A stretch of 32,000 bases of DNA, from assembly GCF_001644705.1 (NCBI RefSeq), contig NZ_CP015137.1:450001-482000 (forward strand), in the 5' to 3' direction. The position numbers and the translations under genes are program-made. Under the pieces are notes generated by a model, which did not search any database, was not told the origin of the DNA, and worked only from the letters and a program-made list of their open reading frames with translations. Shown piece by piece: positions 16,768 through 29,417 of this stretch. How positions within the stretch are numbered: the stretch's first letter is position 1; each line of letters starts with the position of its first letter. Source of the stretch: Dickeya solani IPO 2222. Its GTDB lineage: Bacteria; Pseudomonadota; Gammaproteobacteria; Enterobacterales; Enterobacteriaceae.

Positions 16768-18618
16768 TTAGACCAGCAACAGCAACGCCAGCACCACTAC
16801 GGCGCCGACCCCCATTGAGGCGGCATACCAGCGCACCTGCCCGTTTTCGCTGACAATCAGCGCACGGTTGCCCCAGCGGGTCAGGATGGCCGGAATGTTC
16901 ATCAGCGCATTGAGCGGGTCACGCTGCAACAATGTCGCAATAGCCAGATACGGTTTGACGAAGACCTTGTCATACAGCCAGTCGAATCCCCACGCATGGA
17001 ACCACCATGTCGAGAAGAAACGACCCGGCGCGCTGTTGGCGACGCTCGTCACCAACTGACGTTTACCCAGCCACAGCGCGGCCGCCAGCAGAATACCGGC
17101 AATCGCCACCACGCCGGAGGCAATTTCCAGCGTCATGACCTGACCGTGTTCAAGCTCGGTCGTGGCCGGCAGTACGCCGTGCAGCGGCAGCGCAATCTGG
17201 GCGCCGACAAAGGTGGACAGCACCAGCAGCACCAGCAACGGCAGATGATGGGAAATTCCCTTGCCTGCATGGGCTTTGGTTTTTGCTTCACCATGGAACA
17301 CGATAAAAATCATCCGGAAGGTGTACAGCGATGTCATGAACGCCCCCACCAAACCGGCAATCACCAAATTAATGTGACCGTTGGCCCAGGCGCCTGCCAG
17401 GATTTCGTCCTTACTGAAGAAACCGGCGGTGACCATCGGCAACGCCGACAGCGCGGCACCACCCACCAGGAAGCAGGCATATACCAGCGGAATGGTTTTA
17501 CGCAGACCGCCCATCTTGAAGATGTTCTGCTCATGATGGCAGGCCAGAATCACCGAGCCGGACGACAGGAACAGCAACGCCTTGAAGAACGCATGGGTCA
17601 TCAGGTGGAAAATAGCGGCGTCCCACGCCTGCACGCCAAGCGCCAGGAACATGTAACCAATCTGACTCATCGTCGAGTAGGCCAGTACGCGTTTGATATC
17701 GGTTTGCACCAGCGCAGCGAAACCGGCCAGCAGCAGCGTGATGGCGCCCACATTGGCGACCAGATGCAGCACATCCGGCGCCAGCAGGAACAGGCCGTGA
17801 GTACGGGCGATCAGATACACGCCCGCGGTCACCATGGTCGCGGCGTGGATCAATGCGGAAACCGGCGTCGGGCCGGCCATCGCATCCGCCAGCCAGGTCT
17901 GCAACGGCAGCTGAGCCGATTTACCGACCGCACCACCCAGCAACATCAGCGTCGCCCAAGTGATCGCCGGCGAGCCTTCAGCCAAATGCTGCGGCGCCAG
18001 TACCATCAGATCGCGGAAGTTCAACGTGCCCAGTTCGCGGTACAGAATAAACAGCGCGAACGCCAGCAGCACGTCGCCCACGCGGGTCACGATGAACGCT
18101 TTCATCGCTGCGGCGCCGTTGTTCGGGTTGGTATAGTAGAAACCGATCAGCAGATAACTGCACAGCCCCACCCCTTCCCAACCGAGGTACATCAGCAGCA
18201 GGTTGTCCGCCAGCACCAACACCACCATGCTGGCAATAAACAGGTTGGTGTAGGCGAAGAAGCGGGAATAGCCCTCTTCACCGCGCATGTACCAAGAGGC
18301 GAACAGGTGGATGAAGAAACCCACGCCGGTCACTACCGACAACATGGTCAGCGACAGTCCGTCCAGCGCCAGCGTGACGCCGATATCGAACTTACCGACC
18401 GTCATCCAGCTCCACAGGTGCTGAGTGAAGAAAGTAACCCCACCAGGCTGTTGCTGGCTGAGAAAATCCACCACGACTCCGCCAGTCACCAGCGCAGCCA
18501 ACCCAATCGACCCCACCCCGACGGTGGCGGAAACATTTTCCGACCAGCGCCCGCGAGAGAAGGCCAGCAACAGGAATCCGATCAGCGGAAACAGAATTGT
18601 TAAATAGAGTAAGTTCAT
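16768..18618 (-). CDS. nuoL: NADH:quinone oxidoreductase subunit L
   Basis: Track ORF of 616 aa. [28 protein letters not shown] is NuoL-like. Confidence 0.97.
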
Positions 18619-18917
18619 CCGCGCATCTCACTGACAGTATCAATATTCAGGGTCTGACGGCGACGATACAGCTGGAGCAACAGCGCCAGGCCAATACTGG
18701 CTTCCGCCGCGGCCAGCGTAATAGCCAGGATATACATCACCTGACCATCCGGTTGCCCCCAATAGCTGCCGGCGACCACGAAAGCCAACGCCGCGGCGTT
18801 AATCATGATTTCCAGACAGATCAGCATAAACAGCAGATTGCGGCGAATCACCAATCCGGTCAGCCCCAGCACGAAGAGGATGGCCGCCAGCAGCAAGCCA
18901 TGTTGTAGCGGAATCAT
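18615..18917 (-). CDS. nuoK: NADH:quinone oxidoreductase subunit K
   Basis: Track ORF of 100 aa. [33 protein letters not shown] is NuoK-like. It has 4-nt overlaps with nuoJ and nuoL. Confidence 0.96.
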
Positions 18918-19465
18918 GCGCGTTCCTCCGTTATTTTCTTGTCGGCATCCTGATCTTTGGCAATCAGCTCTCCGCGCTTGTCTTCACGGCCAATGTGGAA
19001 AGCCACCACCAGGCCGGCCAGCAGCAGCATCGACGCCAGCTCCACCGCCAGTACGTACGGCCCGAACAGGCTGATGCCGACCGCTTTGGCATCAACGATA
19101 TTGCCAGCGATGTTCTGGCCGGTAACGCTGAGGATCCCTTTGACGATGACCGCCAGCAGAATCAGGGAAAGCACACCCGGCCCCACCCATACGCTGGGTT
19201 TCAGCCACAGTTTTTCCTGCTCATCGACCGAATTGCCGAGGTTCAGCATCATCACCACGAAGACGAACAACACCATGATGGCGCCGGCGTAAACGATTAT
19301 CTCCAACGCCCCAGCGAAATACGCGCCCAGCGAGAAGAACACACCGGCAACCGCCAGTAACGAAACGATCAGATAAAGTAATGCATGTACTGGATTGGTA
19401 TGGGTAATGACACGTAATGTTGCCAGTACCGCAATAATCGCAGTCGCATAAAAAGCGAATTCCAT
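18914..19465 (-). CDS. nuoJ: NADH:quinone oxidoreductase subunit J
   Basis: The track ORF 18914..19546 is over-extended. NuoJ homology starts at the internal Met ([32 protein letters not shown]), which is preceded by an AAGGAG SD. The 27 extra codons overlap the 3' end of nuoI. Confidence 0.93.
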
Positions 19466-19475
19466 GCTTGGCTCC

Positions 19476-20018
19476 TTAGGGCAGCAGGCCTTTAACGTCA
19501 ATGGGTTTGGCTTCGTTTTCGGCTTCGCCCTTCTCTTTCCCATCAACAGCCATACCGGCCATCCGGTAGAAGTTGTATTCCGGATATTTACCCGGCCCCG
19601 AGATCAGCAGATCGTCTTTTTCGTACACCAGATCCTGACGCTTGAACTCACCCATTTCGAAATCGGGGGTCAGCTGAATAGCCGTCGTCGGGCAGGCCTC
19701 CTCGCACATGCCGCAGAAAATGCAGCGGGAGAAGTTGATGCGGAAAAACTCCGGATACCAGCGGCCATCCTTCATTTCCGCCTTCTGCAGGGAAATACAC
19801 CCTACCGGGCAGGCCACGGCGCACAGGTTGCAGGCTACGCAACGTTCTTGTCCGTCCGGATCGCGAGTCAGCACGATGCGGCCGCGAAAACGCGGCGGCG
19901 GATTCACCGGCTCTTCCGGATACATTTTGGTTTCACGCTTTTTAAACGCGTTGGAACCCACCATGCAGATACTGCGTACCTGGGTGCCGAAACCAATCAA
20001 AAGCTCTTTCAGTGTCAT
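19476..20018 (-). CDS. nuoI: NADH:quinone oxidoreductase subunit I (2x[4Fe-4S] ferredoxin-type)
   Basis: Track ORF of 180 aa with two CxxCxxCxxxCP motifs ([24 protein letters not shown]). Confidence 0.97.
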   Translation of the reverse strand: MTLKELLIGFGTQVRSICMVGSNAFKKRETKMYPEEPVNPPPRFRGRIVLTRDPDGQERCVACNLCAVACPVGCISLQKAEMKDGRWYPEFFRINFSRCIFCGMCEEACPTTAIQLTPDFEMGEFKRQDLVYEKDDLLISGPGKYPEYNFYRMAGMAVDGKEKGEAENEAKPIDVKGLLP

Positions 20019-20034
20019 GGTTTATTCACCCTTA

Positions 20035-21009
20035 TCAAGCGTTGTACAGAATGACTGCGGCGGTCGCCAGCAGGTTCAGCAGCGTCAGCGGCAGACACAC
20101 CCGCCAGCCGAATGCCATCACCTGGTCATAACGCGGACGTGGCAACGAAGCGCGAATCAGGATGAACATCATCATGAAAAACGCGGTCTTCAGCGCAAAC
20201 CAGACGAACGGCGGCAGGAACGGTCCGTGCCAGCCACCGAAGAACAGGGTCACTATCAACGCGGAAACCGTCACGATACCGATGTATTCGCCAACGAAGA
20301 ACAGACCGAACTTCATCCCGGCGTATTCGATATGGTAACCATCCGCCAGTTCCTGTTCGGCTTCCGGCTGGTCGAACGGATGACGGTGACACACCGCCAC
20401 GCCGGCGATTGCAAAGGTAATAAAGCCAAAGAACTGCGGGACGACGTTCCACACCGTAGACTGCGCGTTGACGATATCGGCCATGTTGAACGAGCCGGCC
20501 TGCGCCACCACACCCATCAGGGACAACCCAAGGAACACTTCATAACTCAGCGTTTGCGCAGAGGCACGCACCGCGCCCAGCAGCGAGTATTTGTTGTTAC
20601 TGGACCAGCCGGCGAACAGCACGGCATAAACCGCCAGACCCGCCATCATCAGGAAGAACAGAACCCCGATGTTCAGATTGGCCACCTGCCAGGTCGGGCT
20701 GACCGGTACGATGGCGAACGATAACAACAGCGAAGTAAAGGCAATCACCGGCGCCAGGATGAAAATCACCTTGTCGGCAAACGGCGGCGTCCAGTCTTCC
20801 TTGAAGAACATTTTGAGCATGTCCGCCACCAGTTGCAGCGAACCGCCCCAGCCCACGCGGTTAGGCCCGTAACGCCCCTGGAACAGCGCCAACAGACGGC
20901 GCTCCCCCATACTCATGAGCGCGCCGCAGCTCACCACGACCAGCAGAATCACGATCGCTTTGCCGACGGTGGCCAGAATGTCCAGTATTTCCGGAGTCAA
21001 CCAACTCAT
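20035..21009 (-). CDS. nuoH: NADH:quinone oxidoreductase subunit H
   Basis: Track ORF of 324 aa. It is a polytopic membrane protein, in the NuoH position and with NuoH-like sequence. Confidence 0.97.
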   Translation of the reverse strand: MSWLTPEILDILATVGKAIVILLVVVSCGALMSMGERRLLALFQGRYGPNRVGWGGSLQLVADMLKMFFKEDWTPPFADKVIFILAPVIAFTSLLLSFAIVPVSPTWQVANLNIGVLFFLMMAGLAVYAVLFAGWSSNNKYSLLGAVRASAQTLSYEVFLGLSLMGVVAQAGSFNMADIVNAQSTVWNVVPQFFGFITFAIAGVAVCHRHPFDQPEAEQELADGYHIEYAGMKFGLFFVGEYIGIVTVSALIVTLFFGGWHGPFLPPFVWFALKTAFFMMMFILIRASLPRPRYDQVMAFGWRVCLPLTLLNLLATAAVILYNA

Positions 21010-23732
21010 TGCGCAGCCTCCCGCAGCATTTCAACGGTCGCGCCCGCCAGTACCGGAGCAATCCCCGGAAAGCCCAGCGGCAAACCAACCTGGCCCTGAC
21101 GCAGCTCAGTGCTCAGACGCACCGGCAGACGCAGCGTCTGACCACCACAGGTGATGTCCAGCAACGCGCCGGCATTGACGCCCAGCAAGGCGGCATCGGC
21201 CTGATTCACTACCGCGCAGGCCTGCGGCATACGCTGCTGGATAACGCCGGAGCGCTGTGACAACTCTTCGCTGCCGAACAGATTGTAGTAAGGCGCAACC
21301 TGCCACTGCCCCTGTTGCGGGGCAAACGGTGCCGGAATCTGGCTGAAATACGCCAGCGAACCGTCGCCGGCTTCGATCAGGCGTACGCCCGGATCGCCGT
21401 GGCGCAAATGTCCACCCACTTCATCCTGGAATTTGTTCCACGCCTGCGGTGAGTTCCAGCCCGGCGCCCAGGCAAACGGCACCTGCTGACGCTCGGCCAG
21501 CGGACTATTGTTCCCTTCCATTGAGAAGGTGAACATGGTGTCACGGTCCTGCGGCTGACGCGGCTCATGCACGCTAATGTTGGCGCGCATGGCGGTACGG
21601 CCGCTGTAACGATGCGGTTCGCGCGCCAGTTTCTGCCCATTGATGCGGAACGACGCATCCGGCGCCGCGTCTTTGATCGCGGCCAGTTGCGGCAGCGCGT
21701 TAACGCAGGCATCAATCACGTGGTCCAGTTGCGTCCAGTCCACCTGACGGCTGTTGTAGGTGATATACAGGGAATGCAGCCAGCGCCAGCTTTCCAGCAT
21801 CACTACCTTGCTGTCGTAGTAGGTTGGTTCATAAACCTGGAAGAAGCGCTGGGCACGGCCTTCCTGGTTAACGAGCGTGCCGTCGCTTTCCGCAAAACTG
21901 GCGGAGGACAACACCAGGCTAGCCTTGTCCATGATCGCGGTGCGTTGGTGATCCAGCACAATCAGGTTGACGGCTTTCGCCAGCGCGGCATCCACACGGG
22001 CGGCCGGCGCATGACGATACAGGTCGTTTTCCAACACTACCACGCTGTCGGCTTCGCCTGTTTCCAGCTGCGACAGCGCCTCATCCAGCGAACCGCCGCC
22101 CATCATGGTCACACCGATGCTGTTGGCGGCAGCGGCCACAAAGGTAATGCCGACATCGGCACCCCGGCCTTTCAGCGCTGTGGCGACGTTGGCGGCGGCG
22201 GCGATCACTTCATCGCTGCCCGCGTTGGTGCCGGAGATGATCAGCGGCTTGCGAGCTCCCGCCAGCGCCTGAACAATCACGTCCACTTTCTGGCTGAGAT
22301 CGGCCGGCAGATCGCTGACCGCCGGTGCGGCATTGTCGAGTGCGTGAGCAATCGCAAAACCGAGTCTGGCCTGCTCAGCCACCGGCGCGCGGTAGCTCCA
22401 GGCGGCGATATCGTCCAGACGGGTGCTGTCGACGTTGGTGACGAACAGCGGATGTTTGGCGTGCTGACCGATGTTCAGGATCGCCGCAATCTGCCAGTCA
22501 GCCACTTTCTGGGCGGCCGCCATTTCACGGGCTTTGCCTTTCACCGCCTGACGTACCGCCAGCGCAATGCGTGCGCCAGTCTGGGTCAAATCTTCACCCA
22601 GCACCAGCACGGCGTCGTAGCCTTCAATTTCACGCAGAGACGGCGTATGCACCCCGCTCTCTTTCAGAACTTTCAGCATCAGTTGCAGGCGATTTTGCTC
22701 CGCCTGCGAGACGCCGGTATAGAAGTTGCCGGCACCGACCAGTTCGCGCAACGCAAAGTTGCTTTCTACGCTGGCGCGCGGCGAACCGATACCGATCACC
22801 TTCTTCGCCTGACGCAGCACATCGGCCGCGCCCTGCAACGCTTGTTCGGCGTTCAGCGCAATCCAGTCATCGCCGCGGCGTTGCAGCGGCTGACGTGGGC
22901 GATCTTTCAGGTTGACGTAGCCATAACCAAAACGGCCGCGGTCGCACAGGAAATAGTGGTTCACGCTGCCGTTATAGCGGTTTTCGATACGACGCAGTTC
23001 GCCATAACGCTCGCCTGGGCTGGTGTTGCAACCCACGCTGCACTGCTGGCAAATACTGGGTGCGAACTGCATGTCCCATTTGCGGTTATAACGTTCGGAA
23101 TGGGTTTTATCGGTGAAGACCCCGGTCGGGCAGACTTCCACCAGGTTGCCGGAAAATTCGCTTTCCAGCACGCCGTCTTCCGGGCGACCGAAATAGACGT
23201 TGTCATGCGCGCCATAAACACCCAGGTCTTTACCGTCGGCGTAATCCTTGTAATAGCGCACGCAACGGTAACAGGCGATACAGCGGTTCATTTCGTGGGA
23301 GATGAACGGGCCGAGATCCTGATTGTGGTGTGTACGCTTGGTGAAACGGTAACGACGGAAACTGTGACCCGTCATTACGGTCATATCCTGCAGATGACAG
23401 TTACCCCCTTCCTCACAAACCGGACAGTCGTGCGGATGGTTGGTCATCAGAAATTCCACAATGGTCTTGCGGAACTGCTTTGCCTCGTCATCGTCAATGG
23501 CGATATAAGCGCCATCCGACGCAGGCGTCATACAGGACATTACCAGGCGACCACGGGTATCTTCCGCGTTCTGGTACTGCTTGACCGCGCACAGGCGACA
23601 AGCACCGACGCTCCCCAGCGCCGGGTGCCAGCAAAAGTAGGGAATATCAAGTCCCAGAGACAGACAAGCCTGCAGCAGGTTATCCGCTCCGTCCACTTCA
23701 TATTCTTTGCCGTCTACATGAATCGTTGCCAT
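21006..23732 (-). CDS. nuoG: NADH:quinone oxidoreductase subunit G
   Basis: The track ORF starts at 23741 (MLTMATIHV). E. coli NuoG begins [13 protein letters not shown], and the GGAAG SD is properly spaced only for the ATG at 23732. The rest is collinear with E. coli NuoG, including the N-terminal Fe-S cysteine clusters. Confidence 0.95.
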   Translation of the reverse strand: MATIHVDGKEYEVDGADNLLQACLSLGLDIPYFCWHPALGSVGACRLCAVKQYQNAEDTRGRLVMSCMTPASDGAYIAIDDDEAKQFRKTIVEFLMTNHPHDCPVCEEGGNCHLQDMTVMTGHSFRRYRFTKRTHHNQDLGPFISHEMNRCIACYRCVRYYKDYADGKDLGVYGAHDNVYFGRPEDGVLESEFSGNLVEVCPTGVFTDKTHSERYNRKWDMQFAPSICQQCSVGCNTSPGERYGELRRIENRYNGSVNHYFLCDRGRFGYGYVNLKDRPRQPLQRRGDDWIALNAEQALQGAADVLRQAKKVIGIGSPRASVESNFALRELVGAGNFYTGVSQAEQNRLQLMLKVLKESGVHTPSLREIEGYDAVLVLGEDLTQTGARIALAVRQAVKGKAREMAAAQKVADWQIAAILNIGQHAKHPLFVTNVDSTRLDDIAAWSYRAPVAEQARLGFAIAHALDNAAPAVSDLPADLSQKVDVIVQALAGARKPLIISGTNAGSDEVIAAAANVATALKGRGADVGITFVAAAANSIGVTMMGGGSLDEALSQLETGEADSVVVLENDLYRHAPAARVDAALAKAVNLIVLDHQRTAIMDKASLVLSSASFAESDGTLVNQEGRAQRFFQVYEPTYYDSKVVMLESWRWLHSLYITYNSRQVDWTQLDHVIDACVNALPQLAAIKDAAPDASFRINGQKLAREPHRYSGRTAMRANISVHEPRQPQDRDTMFTFSMEGNNSPLAERQQVPFAWAPGWNSPQAWNKFQDEVGGHLRHGDPGVRLIEAGDGSLAYFSQIPAPFAPQQGQWQVAPYYNLFGSEELSQRSGVIQQRMPQACAVVNQADAALLGVNAGALLDITCGGQTLRLPVRLSTELRQGQVGLPLGFPGIAPVLAGATVEMLREAAQ

Positions 23733-23846
23733 AGTCAGCATGCTTCCATAACAGCCCGCCTCGGGCGGGCACTAATCAAAAATTCTGTCTGCGGGATGAA
23801 TCGGCGTTTAATCCCGGCGTGATGCTCAACACGCCGGGTTGCACGA

Positions 23847-25196
23847 TTACCAGCGCTGTTTCAGCAGGTTGGGCTGAATGCCGCCAATCGGTTTGGCGTT
23901 ACTGACAACCTGTCTGGCGATGCCTGCCTCGAATTCGTCCCGGAAATATTTAATGGCGCTCTGCAGCGGTTCGACCGCCCCCGGCGCGTGAGCGCAGAAG
24001 GTGTTACCCGGTCCCAGGAAACGGCACAGTTGCTCCAGCGTTTCAATGTCGCCCGGCTGCCCTTCCCCACGCTCCAGCGCACGCAGAATCTTCACGCTCC
24101 ACGGCAGGCCGTCGCGGCACGGCGTACACCAGCCACAAGACTCGCGGGCGAAGAACTCTTCCAGATTGCGCGTCAGCGATACCATGTTGATTTCATTGTC
24201 GACCGCCATCGCCAGCGCCGTACCCAGACGGCTACCGGCTTTACCGATGTTTTCGAAATCCATCGGCAGATCCAGATGCGCGTCGGTCAGGAAGTCGGTA
24301 CCGGCACCGCCGGGCTGCCAGGCTTTCAGTGTCAGGCCATCGCGCATGCCGCCAGCGTAATCTTCCAGAATTTCACGGGCGGTGGTGCCAAACGGTAACT
24401 CCCACAGGCCTGGGTTTTTCACCCGACCAGAGAAGCCCATCAGCTTGGTGCCGGCGTCTTTGCTCTTGCCGGCCGACAGCCCCTGATACCATTCCACACC
24501 ATGCTCGATGATGGCCGGCACGTTGCACAGCGTTTCCACGTTGTTTACGCAGGTGGGTTTACCCCACGCGCCGGCGGAAGCCGGGAACGGCGGTTTGGAA
24601 CGCGGATTGGCGCGACGGCCTTCCAGCGAGTTGATCAGCGCCGTTTCTTCGCCACAGATGTAGCGACCTGCGCCGGTATGCACAAACAGCTCGAAATTAA
24701 AGCCGGTGCCCATGATGTTTTTACCAAGCAGCCCCGCTTCTGTCGCTTCAGCGATAGCACGGCGCAAATTCGCCGCCGCCTCAACGTATTCGCCGCGCAG
24801 GAAGATATAGCCGCGATAGGCTTTCAGCGCATAGGCGCCAATCAGCATGCCTTCCACCAGCAAATGCGGCATCTGCTCCATCAGCAGGCGGTCTTTGTAA
24901 GTGCCCGGCTCCATCTCATCCGCGTTACACAGCAGATAGCGGATATTCATGCTTTCATCTTTCGGCATCAGGCTCCACTTGAGACCGGTAGAGAAACCTG
25001 CACCGCCGCGACCACGCAGGTTAGCATCCTTGACCAGATTCACCACCTCGTCCTGCGCCATGCCGGTCAGCGCCTTTTGGGCACCGGCATAACCGTTCTT
25101 GCTGCGGTATTCGTCCAGCCACACCGGCTGCTTGTCCGCGCGCAGACGCCAGGTTAGGGGATGCTGTTCAGCCGTCAGAACAATGTTTTTACTCAT
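23847..25196 (-). CDS. nuoF: NADH:quinone oxidoreductase subunit F (NADH/FMN-binding)
   Basis: Track ORF of 449 aa with [13 protein letters not shown] and [12 protein letters not shown] motifs. It is collinear with E. coli NuoF. Confidence 0.97.
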   Translation of the reverse strand: MSKNIVLTAEQHPLTWRLRADKQPVWLDEYRSKNGYAGAQKALTGMAQDEVVNLVKDANLRGRGGAGFSTGLKWSLMPKDESMNIRYLLCNADEMEPGTYKDRLLMEQMPHLLVEGMLIGAYALKAYRGYIFLRGEYVEAAANLRRAIAEATEAGLLGKNIMGTGFNFELFVHTGAGRYICGEETALINSLEGRRANPRSKPPFPASAGAWGKPTCVNNVETLCNVPAIIEHGVEWYQGLSAGKSKDAGTKLMGFSGRVKNPGLWELPFGTTAREILEDYAGGMRDGLTLKAWQPGGAGTDFLTDAHLDLPMDFENIGKAGSRLGTALAMAVDNEINMVSLTRNLEEFFARESCGWCTPCRDGLPWSVKILRALERGEGQPGDIETLEQLCRFLGPGNTFCAHAPGAVEPLQSAIKYFRDEFEAGIARQVVSNAKPIGGIQPNLLKQRW

Positions 25197-25723
25197 TGAT
25201 ACTGCTCCAGTAACGAATCGATATCTTCAGGCTTCAGCTGACTGTGGGTATCCTCATCGATCATCATGGTCGGCCCCTTGTCGCAGTTCCCCAGACAGCA
25301 GGTTGGAAGCAGCGTAAAACGGCCGTCAAATGTGGTCTGGCCGGGCTTGATATCCAGCTTTCTCTCCAGCGCCGCCTGGATCCCCTGATAACCGGTGATA
25401 TGACACACCACGCTGTCGCAGTAACGGATCACATGGCGCCCTACCGGCTGACGGTAAATCTGGCTGTAGAACGTCGCTACACCTTCCACGTCGCTGGCAG
25501 GAATGCCGAGCACCTCGGCGATAGCGTCAATCGCGCCATCCGGCACCCAGCCACGGTGCTTCTGCACAATCTTCAGCGCTTCAATAGACGCGGCGCGCGC
25601 ATCTTCGTAGTGGTGTTTTTCATGCTCGATAGCGTCGCGCTCTGTGTCGCTTAACACAAAAACCTCGCTGGCGGCCTGCGCCGGAGCATCGATCGAATCC
25701 TGAGTGTTGTTATGTTCGTGCAT
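25193..25723 (-). CDS. nuoE: NADH:quinone oxidoreductase subunit E (2Fe-2S)
   Basis: Track ORF of 176 aa with the conserved [13 protein letters not shown]...[11 protein letters not shown] cysteines. Confidence 0.97.
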   Translation of the reverse strand: MHEHNNTQDSIDAPAQAASEVFVLSDTERDAIEHEKHHYEDARAASIEALKIVQKHRGWVPDGAIDAIAEVLGIPASDVEGVATFYSQIYRQPVGRHVIRYCDSVVCHITGYQGIQAALERKLDIKPGQTTFDGRFTLLPTCCLGNCDKGPTMMIDEDTHSQLKPEDIDSLLEQYQ

Positions 25724-25725
25724 AA

Positions 25726-27525
25726 TTAGCGGTCCACATCTGACATGACAAAATCAATACTACCGAGGTATACGATCAGGTCGGATACCAGGCAGCCGCG
25801 AATCACCGACGGAATCTGCTGCAGATGCGGGAAGCTCGGCGTGCGGATACGGGTTCGGTAGCTCATGGTGCTGCCGTCACTGGTCAGGTAGTAACTGTTA
25901 ACCCCTTTGGTAGCCTCGATCATCTGGAATGATTCGTTAGCCGGCATCACCGGCCCCCAGGAAACCTGCAGGAAGTGGTTAATCAGCGTTTCAATGTGTT
26001 GCAGCGTGCGCTCTTTCGGCGGCGGCGTGGTCAGCGGATGGTCGGCTTTGAACGGACCTTCAGGCATATTTTTCAGGCACTGTTCCAGAATACGCAGACT
26101 TTGGCGCAACTCTTCCACTTTCAGCATCACACGGCTGTAGCAGTCGCTGACGCCATCGCCCACTGGCACTTCAAAGTCGAAGTTTTCATAACCGGAGTAG
26201 GGCCGTGCTTTACGCACGTCGAATGCGATGCCGGTAGCGCGCAGACCGGCGCCGGTCACGCCCCACTCCAGCGCTTCTTTAGCGTTATAGGCAGCCACGC
26301 CTTGTGAACGCCCTTTCAGGATGCTGTTTTGCAACGCCGCCTTGACATAGGTGTCCAGACGCGCCGGCATCCAGTCGAGGAATTCACGCAACAAACGTTC
26401 CCAGCCGCGCGGCAGGTCGTGCGCCACGCCGCCGATACGGAACCAGGCCGGATGCATACGGTAGCCGGTAATCGCTTCCACCAGATCGTAGATTTTCTGA
26501 CGATCGGTAAAGGCGAAGAACACCGGCGTCATCGCGCCGACGTCCTGAATGAAGGTACTGATGTACAGCAGGTGGCTATTGATACGGAACAGTTCGGACA
26601 GCATGACGCGGATAACGTTCACGCGCTCAGGCACCTCAATACCGGCCAGTTTTTCCACCGCCAGTACATACGGCATTTCGTTCACGCAGCCGCCGAGGTA
26701 TTCGATACGGTCGGTGTAAGGGATATAGCTGTGCCAGGACTGGCGCTCACCCATTTTCTCCGCGCCGCGGTGGTGATAGCCGATATCCGGGATACAATCG
26801 ACGATCTCTTCGCCGTTAAGCTGCAGAATGATACGGAAAGCACCATGCGCGGACGGGTGGTTCGGCCCCAGGTTCAGGAACATGAAGTCTTCGTTGTCGG
26901 TACCGCGCTTCATCCCCCACTCTTCCGGCTTGAAAGTCAGGGACTCCATCTCCATGTCTTCACGCTGTTTGGTCAGCACGAACGGATCGAATTCGGTGGC
27001 GCGCGCCGGGAAATCTTTGCGCAGCGGATGCCCCTGCCAGGTCTGCGGCATCATGATGCGCGTCAGGTGCGGGTGCCCTTTGAAGGTAATACCAAACATG
27101 TCCCACACTTCACGCTCGTACCAGTTGGCGTTGGGGAACAGTTTGATCAGGGTCGGCATGTTCAGATCGTTTTCCGACAACGCCACCTTCAACATGATAT
27201 CGCGGTTGCGCTCAATCGAAATCAGGTGATAGAAAACGGTAAAATCGGCATCCGGCAAGCCCTGACGATGGGTACGCAGACGTTCATCCACGCCATGCAG
27301 GTCATGCAGCATCACGTAAGGTTTGGGCTGTTTTTTCAGAAAAGCCACTACGTCCAGCAACTGCTCACGCTTCACCCAAACCACCGGCAGGCCAGTGCGG
27401 GTTGCCTGAACGGTAAATGCTTCCGGTCCAAAACGGTTACACAGCTCGCTGACGACCGGATCATCCAGGTGATCACGGGTTTGCCACGCAGGCAGAGCGA
27501 CATCGTGCGTCGTTAAATCTGTCAT
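25726..27525 (-). CDS. nuoC: NADH:quinone oxidoreductase fused subunit C/D
   Basis: Track ORF of 599 aa. It is the fused NuoCD typical of Enterobacterales. Confidence 0.97.
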   Translation of the reverse strand: MTDLTTHDVALPAWQTRDHLDDPVVSELCNRFGPEAFTVQATRTGLPVVWVKREQLLDVVAFLKKQPKPYVMLHDLHGVDERLRTHRQGLPDADFTVFYHLISIERNRDIMLKVALSENDLNMPTLIKLFPNANWYEREVWDMFGITFKGHPHLTRIMMPQTWQGHPLRKDFPARATEFDPFVLTKQREDMEMESLTFKPEEWGMKRGTDNEDFMFLNLGPNHPSAHGAFRIILQLNGEEIVDCIPDIGYHHRGAEKMGERQSWHSYIPYTDRIEYLGGCVNEMPYVLAVEKLAGIEVPERVNVIRVMLSELFRINSHLLYISTFIQDVGAMTPVFFAFTDRQKIYDLVEAITGYRMHPAWFRIGGVAHDLPRGWERLLREFLDWMPARLDTYVKAALQNSILKGRSQGVAAYNAKEALEWGVTGAGLRATGIAFDVRKARPYSGYENFDFEVPVGDGVSDCYSRVMLKVEELRQSLRILEQCLKNMPEGPFKADHPLTTPPPKERTLQHIETLINHFLQVSWGPVMPANESFQMIEATKGVNSYYLTSDGSTMSYRTRIRTPSFPHLQQIPSVIRGCLVSDLIVYLGSIDFVMSDVDR

Positions 27526-27642
27526 AAATTATGTCACCACAGTAAACGTGCTATTTCTGTGACTGATAATGGCTACACACGATTTATCGTGATATGAATT
27601 TATCGTGATCTTACGTAGCCACTACAGCCTTCACTCACAGGG

Positions 27643-28317
27643 TCAGATCTCATCAGGAGAACGCAGATTGGTTACAGCAATGCGCTCTCCCCGTTTACGT
27701 TCGCGCTCGGATTGCATATTGGCGCGGTAAACCCCCTGATCGCCTACCACCCATGACAGAGGGCGGCGCTCCTTACCGATGGACTCTTTCAGCAGCAACA
27801 GCGCCTGCATGTAGGCTTCCGGACGCGGCGGACATCCCGGGATGTACACATCAACCGGCAGGAACTTGTCCACGCCTTGCACCACGGAATAAATATCGTA
27901 CATACCGCCGGAATTCGCACAGGCCCCCATGGAAATTACCCATTTCGGCGCCAGCATCTGGTCGTACAAACGCTGAATGACCGGCGCCATTTTCAAAAAC
28001 GGCGTACCGGCCACGACCATGAAATCCGCCTGACGCGGTGAGGCGCGGATAACTTCGGAACCAAAACGCGCAACGTCATGCACCGAAGTAAACGACGTCG
28101 CCATTTCCACGTAGCAGCAGGAAAGACCGAAGTTATAAGGCCACAGGGAATTGCTGCGCCCCCAGTTGACCATGCTGTGCAGCGACTGTTCGAGGTTGCC
28201 CATGAAAACGCTGCGATTGACATGCTGTTCAAGCGGATCGCTGACAATCTCTTGCTTCTGGAGGGGGTAACGGTCGTTCTCACCGTCCGGGTCAATGCGG
28301 GTGAGCGTATAATCCAT
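27643..28317 (-). CDS. nuoB: NADH:quinone oxidoreductase subunit B
   Basis: Track ORF of 224 aa with the N2-cluster region GLSCCYVEM...GACANSGG...PGCPP. Confidence 0.97.
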   Translation of the reverse strand: MDYTLTRIDPDGENDRYPLQKQEIVSDPLEQHVNRSVFMGNLEQSLHSMVNWGRSNSLWPYNFGLSCCYVEMATSFTSVHDVARFGSEVIRASPRQADFMVVAGTPFLKMAPVIQRLYDQMLAPKWVISMGACANSGGMYDIYSVVQGVDKFLPVDVYIPGCPPRPEAYMQALLLLKESIGKERRPLSWVVGDQGVYRANMQSERERKRGERIAVTNLRSPDEI

Positions 28318-28336
28318 CTTCTAAATGCCTCGCTAT

Positions 28337-28780
28337 TTACTGCTGATGAGTGTTAGTGGTCTGAGTCACGACATTGGATTTCACGACTTGTCTTTTGGAA
28401 CGCGAAGGCGTCCAGTCCAACGCGCCGATACGCACCAGATAGATCAAACCAGCCAACAACACCAAAATGAAAATTGTGGCCTCGACGAAGCCTATCCAGC
28501 CGCTTTCCCGGATAGATACGGACCAGGCATAGAGATAGAGGGCTTCAACGTCGAAAATAACGAAAAACATGGCGACCAGGTAAAACTTGGCAGAGAGGCG
28601 CAACCGCGCGGAACCAACGGATTCGATACCCGATTCATAAGGAATGTTTTTGTGTCTGGCCCGAGCTCTGCCTCCCAGCAGGAAGCCGCCGAGCAGCATA
28701 AAGCCGCAGAGACCTACAGCAACGATAACGAATAGCGCAAAAGCCCAGTGATGGGCGAGGACTTCAGTAGTTGTTGACAT
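28337..28780 (-). CDS. nuoA: NADH:quinone oxidoreductase subunit A
   Basis: Track ORF of 147 aa. It has three hydrophobic segments and is the first gene of the operon. Confidence 0.95.
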   Translation of the reverse strand: MSTTTEVLAHHWAFALFVIVAVGLCGFMLLGGFLLGGRARARHKNIPYESGIESVGSARLRLSAKFYLVAMFFVIFDVEALYLYAWSVSIRESGWIGFVEATIFILVLLAGLIYLVRIGALDWTPSRSKRQVVKSNVVTQTTNTHQQ

Positions 28781-29383
28781 ACTCTTGCTTACTCATCAAA
28801 AGTGATCAGACACCTGCTCTTTTGTCGGCAGTTCGTCGCCACATCGATTAAAAGGAAGGATTTTTCGCCACAAAAACACCACAACTTATAAGGTTAAGCG
28901 GCTGTTTAATGAGGCCTGATTCCCTGTTATGTAACCTTATTTTCAACGCCACTAAAAATAACAGCACATTACTTTACATGCACGCAGTTTCGTTAACATT
29001 TTGTGTGCAACACGTTGACTAAATCGAGTCAGTCAACCGCTTCACGTTAACGATTCTCCCCGCAGAAAGCCCTTATTGGCAGGGTGACTATACCATTTTC
29101 GGCAAGAATTCCTGTTCCCCCATAGGGTTAATAGGGATATTTTTTGATCCAGGGCACACTTTTTTCATTTATGTTAGTAAAAAAATTGCGTCGATTGCTC
29201 AACCATTAACCTTTTCATTCAGTCAACATGGCTTTAAAAAAATAGAAATGCAGTTTTAATAAAAAAAGAACACAAACAGTGCATTAGTCAAAGACTGATA
29301 AAAAGGAAGTAAAGACGTGAACAAGCAAACCGTGGTGGGAAAATCCGCATGGAAAAGAACGACTGAAGGGTGAAAGCCTAAGC
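28781..29383 (-). promoter_or_regulatory. AT-rich ~0.6 kb nuo operon leader and promoter region
   Basis: There is no credible ORF here. The region is AT-rich compared with the flanking genes. A spacer of similar size separates nuoA from lrhA in E. coli and holds the complex nuo promoter there. I did not identify an exact promoter. Confidence 0.5.
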
Positions 29384-29410
29384 CGTAGCGGGGCCTTTCA
29401 CCCCGCTACG
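29384..29410 (-). terminator. Hairpin downstream of lrhA (possible terminator)
   Basis: cgtagcgggg-cctttca-ccccgctacg forms a 10-bp stem starting 8 nt after the lrhA stop. There is no clean U-tract, so the assignment is tentative. Confidence 0.4.
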
Positions 29411-29417
29411 CTTGTAC

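Noticed and set aside
19466-19546. 27-codon upstream extension of nuoJ, and similarly the 3-codon extension of nuoG at 23733..23741.
   Set aside because: Homology and SD placement support the internal ATGs. The extensions overlap the upstream gene or lack a usable SD.
13678-28735. Numerous plus-strand ORFs antisense to nuo genes, e.g. 14171..14980, 15569..16411, 16996..18603 (535 aa), 19708..20724, 21567..23822 (751 aa), 24501..25157 and 26329..27516.
   Set aside because: They are GC-rich shadow ORFs with R/Q/H-rich composition and no motifs. Every one lies opposite a highly conserved nuo gene.
29318-29371. 17-codon GTG ORF (VNKQTVVGKSAWKRTTEG) with an AAGGAAG SD between nuoA and lrhA.
   Set aside because: It is very short, has a non-ATG start and no promoter I could see. 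It sits immediately next to the hairpin downstream of lrhA. There is not enough evidence to call it.
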